Source: Mobula hypostoma (lineage: Eukaryota). Taken from it: 64,000 bases of DNA. The notes beneath the pieces are model-generated. The model was not told the DNA's origin. It saw only the letters and a program-made list of their open reading frames with translations, and ran no database searches. The stretch covers positions 167,526,001-167,590,000 of the forward strand of contig NC_086097.1 of NCBI RefSeq assembly GCF_963921235.1. The letters are read 5' to 3'. Below, piece after piece: positions 63,430 through 64,000 of this stretch; position 1 is the stretch's first letter; each line of letters begins with the position of its first letter. Both the position numbers and the translations under genes were made by a program.

Positions 63430-63760
63430 AACATCCAGTGAGGCACCTCTGAAGTGTGGACCTCATTGTACCCTGGGCAACATGGCAGCCATCTGTGCAC
63501 AGTAAGCTCCCACAAACAGCTGCACACTGACGACCAGACAATCTGTATTTAGTGACTGAAAGATAAATATCATCCTGAGGGTTTAACACCAACTCAGGCT
63601 GCTTTCTTTCAGAATAGTCCTGTGGAATTGTTTCCTTCCATACGAGAAGGTGGGTCATATCTGTGACTGTGTGTCCATCCCTCAGTCCCACACTGAAGGG
63701 TCACCTTGGAGTTTTGACTCCATGTTGAGGGTAGGACCAGCTGAATCGGGAACAAGTATG
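63430..63760 (-). mobile_element. Deu-domain SINE (SacSINE1-like), ancient
   Basis: gcagccatctgtgcacagtaagctcccacaaacagc..gaccagacaatctgtatttagtga..gataaatat..gaatagtcctgtggaat..tccctcagt resembles the reverse complement of the shark Deu-SINE consensus as I recall it. Confidence 0.55.
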
Positions 63761-64000
63761 TCCTCTGCTGGGTTACAGTTCAAGGTTTGCTGTCAGCAGG
63801 TATATAGATTCTGTAGTGCTTCCTCTACAAGCCCATAAGATACAAGAGCAGATTTGTCCATTCAGACCATCAGATCTGCTTCATCATTCAATCAAGGCTG
63901 ATTATCTTTCAACCTCATTCTCCTGCTTTCTCCCCAATGGCCCTTAACCCCTTTAACAATCAAGGTATTCTTAAATACCCCCCAATGACTTGGCCTCCCT

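Overview
Eukaryotic, repeat-dense, apparently intronic or intergenic DNA. I could not support any host protein-coding exon. The repeats include CR1 LINEs with short-repeat tails, V-SINE/HE1-like and Deu-type SINEs, Penelope-derived short repeats, Rex1/Babar, L2, Tx1, a Nimb/I-group LINE, Gypsy gag plus solo LTRs, and Tc1/mariner and Harbinger MITEs. This mix points to a cartilaginous fish, probably a ray (inference from recalled repeat families, no database search). Every long ORF in the track is a transposon reverse transcriptase or transposase remnant, or low-complexity noise. Highlights: (1) two families of Penelope-type repeats carry minimal type-I hammerhead ribozyme cores, often in fold-back arrangement; one young copy (1900-2094) has the core in the loop of a perfect 67-bp inverted repeat flanked by a 16-bp target-site duplication (TSD). 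(2) Composite Tc1/mariner MITEs carry extra internal terminal inverted repeats (TIRs). (3) Short non-tRNA head+tail retroposons occur. (4) Three- and four-level nested insertions have readable TSDs. Boundaries defined by TSDs or TIRs were counted by hand; the rest are approximate.
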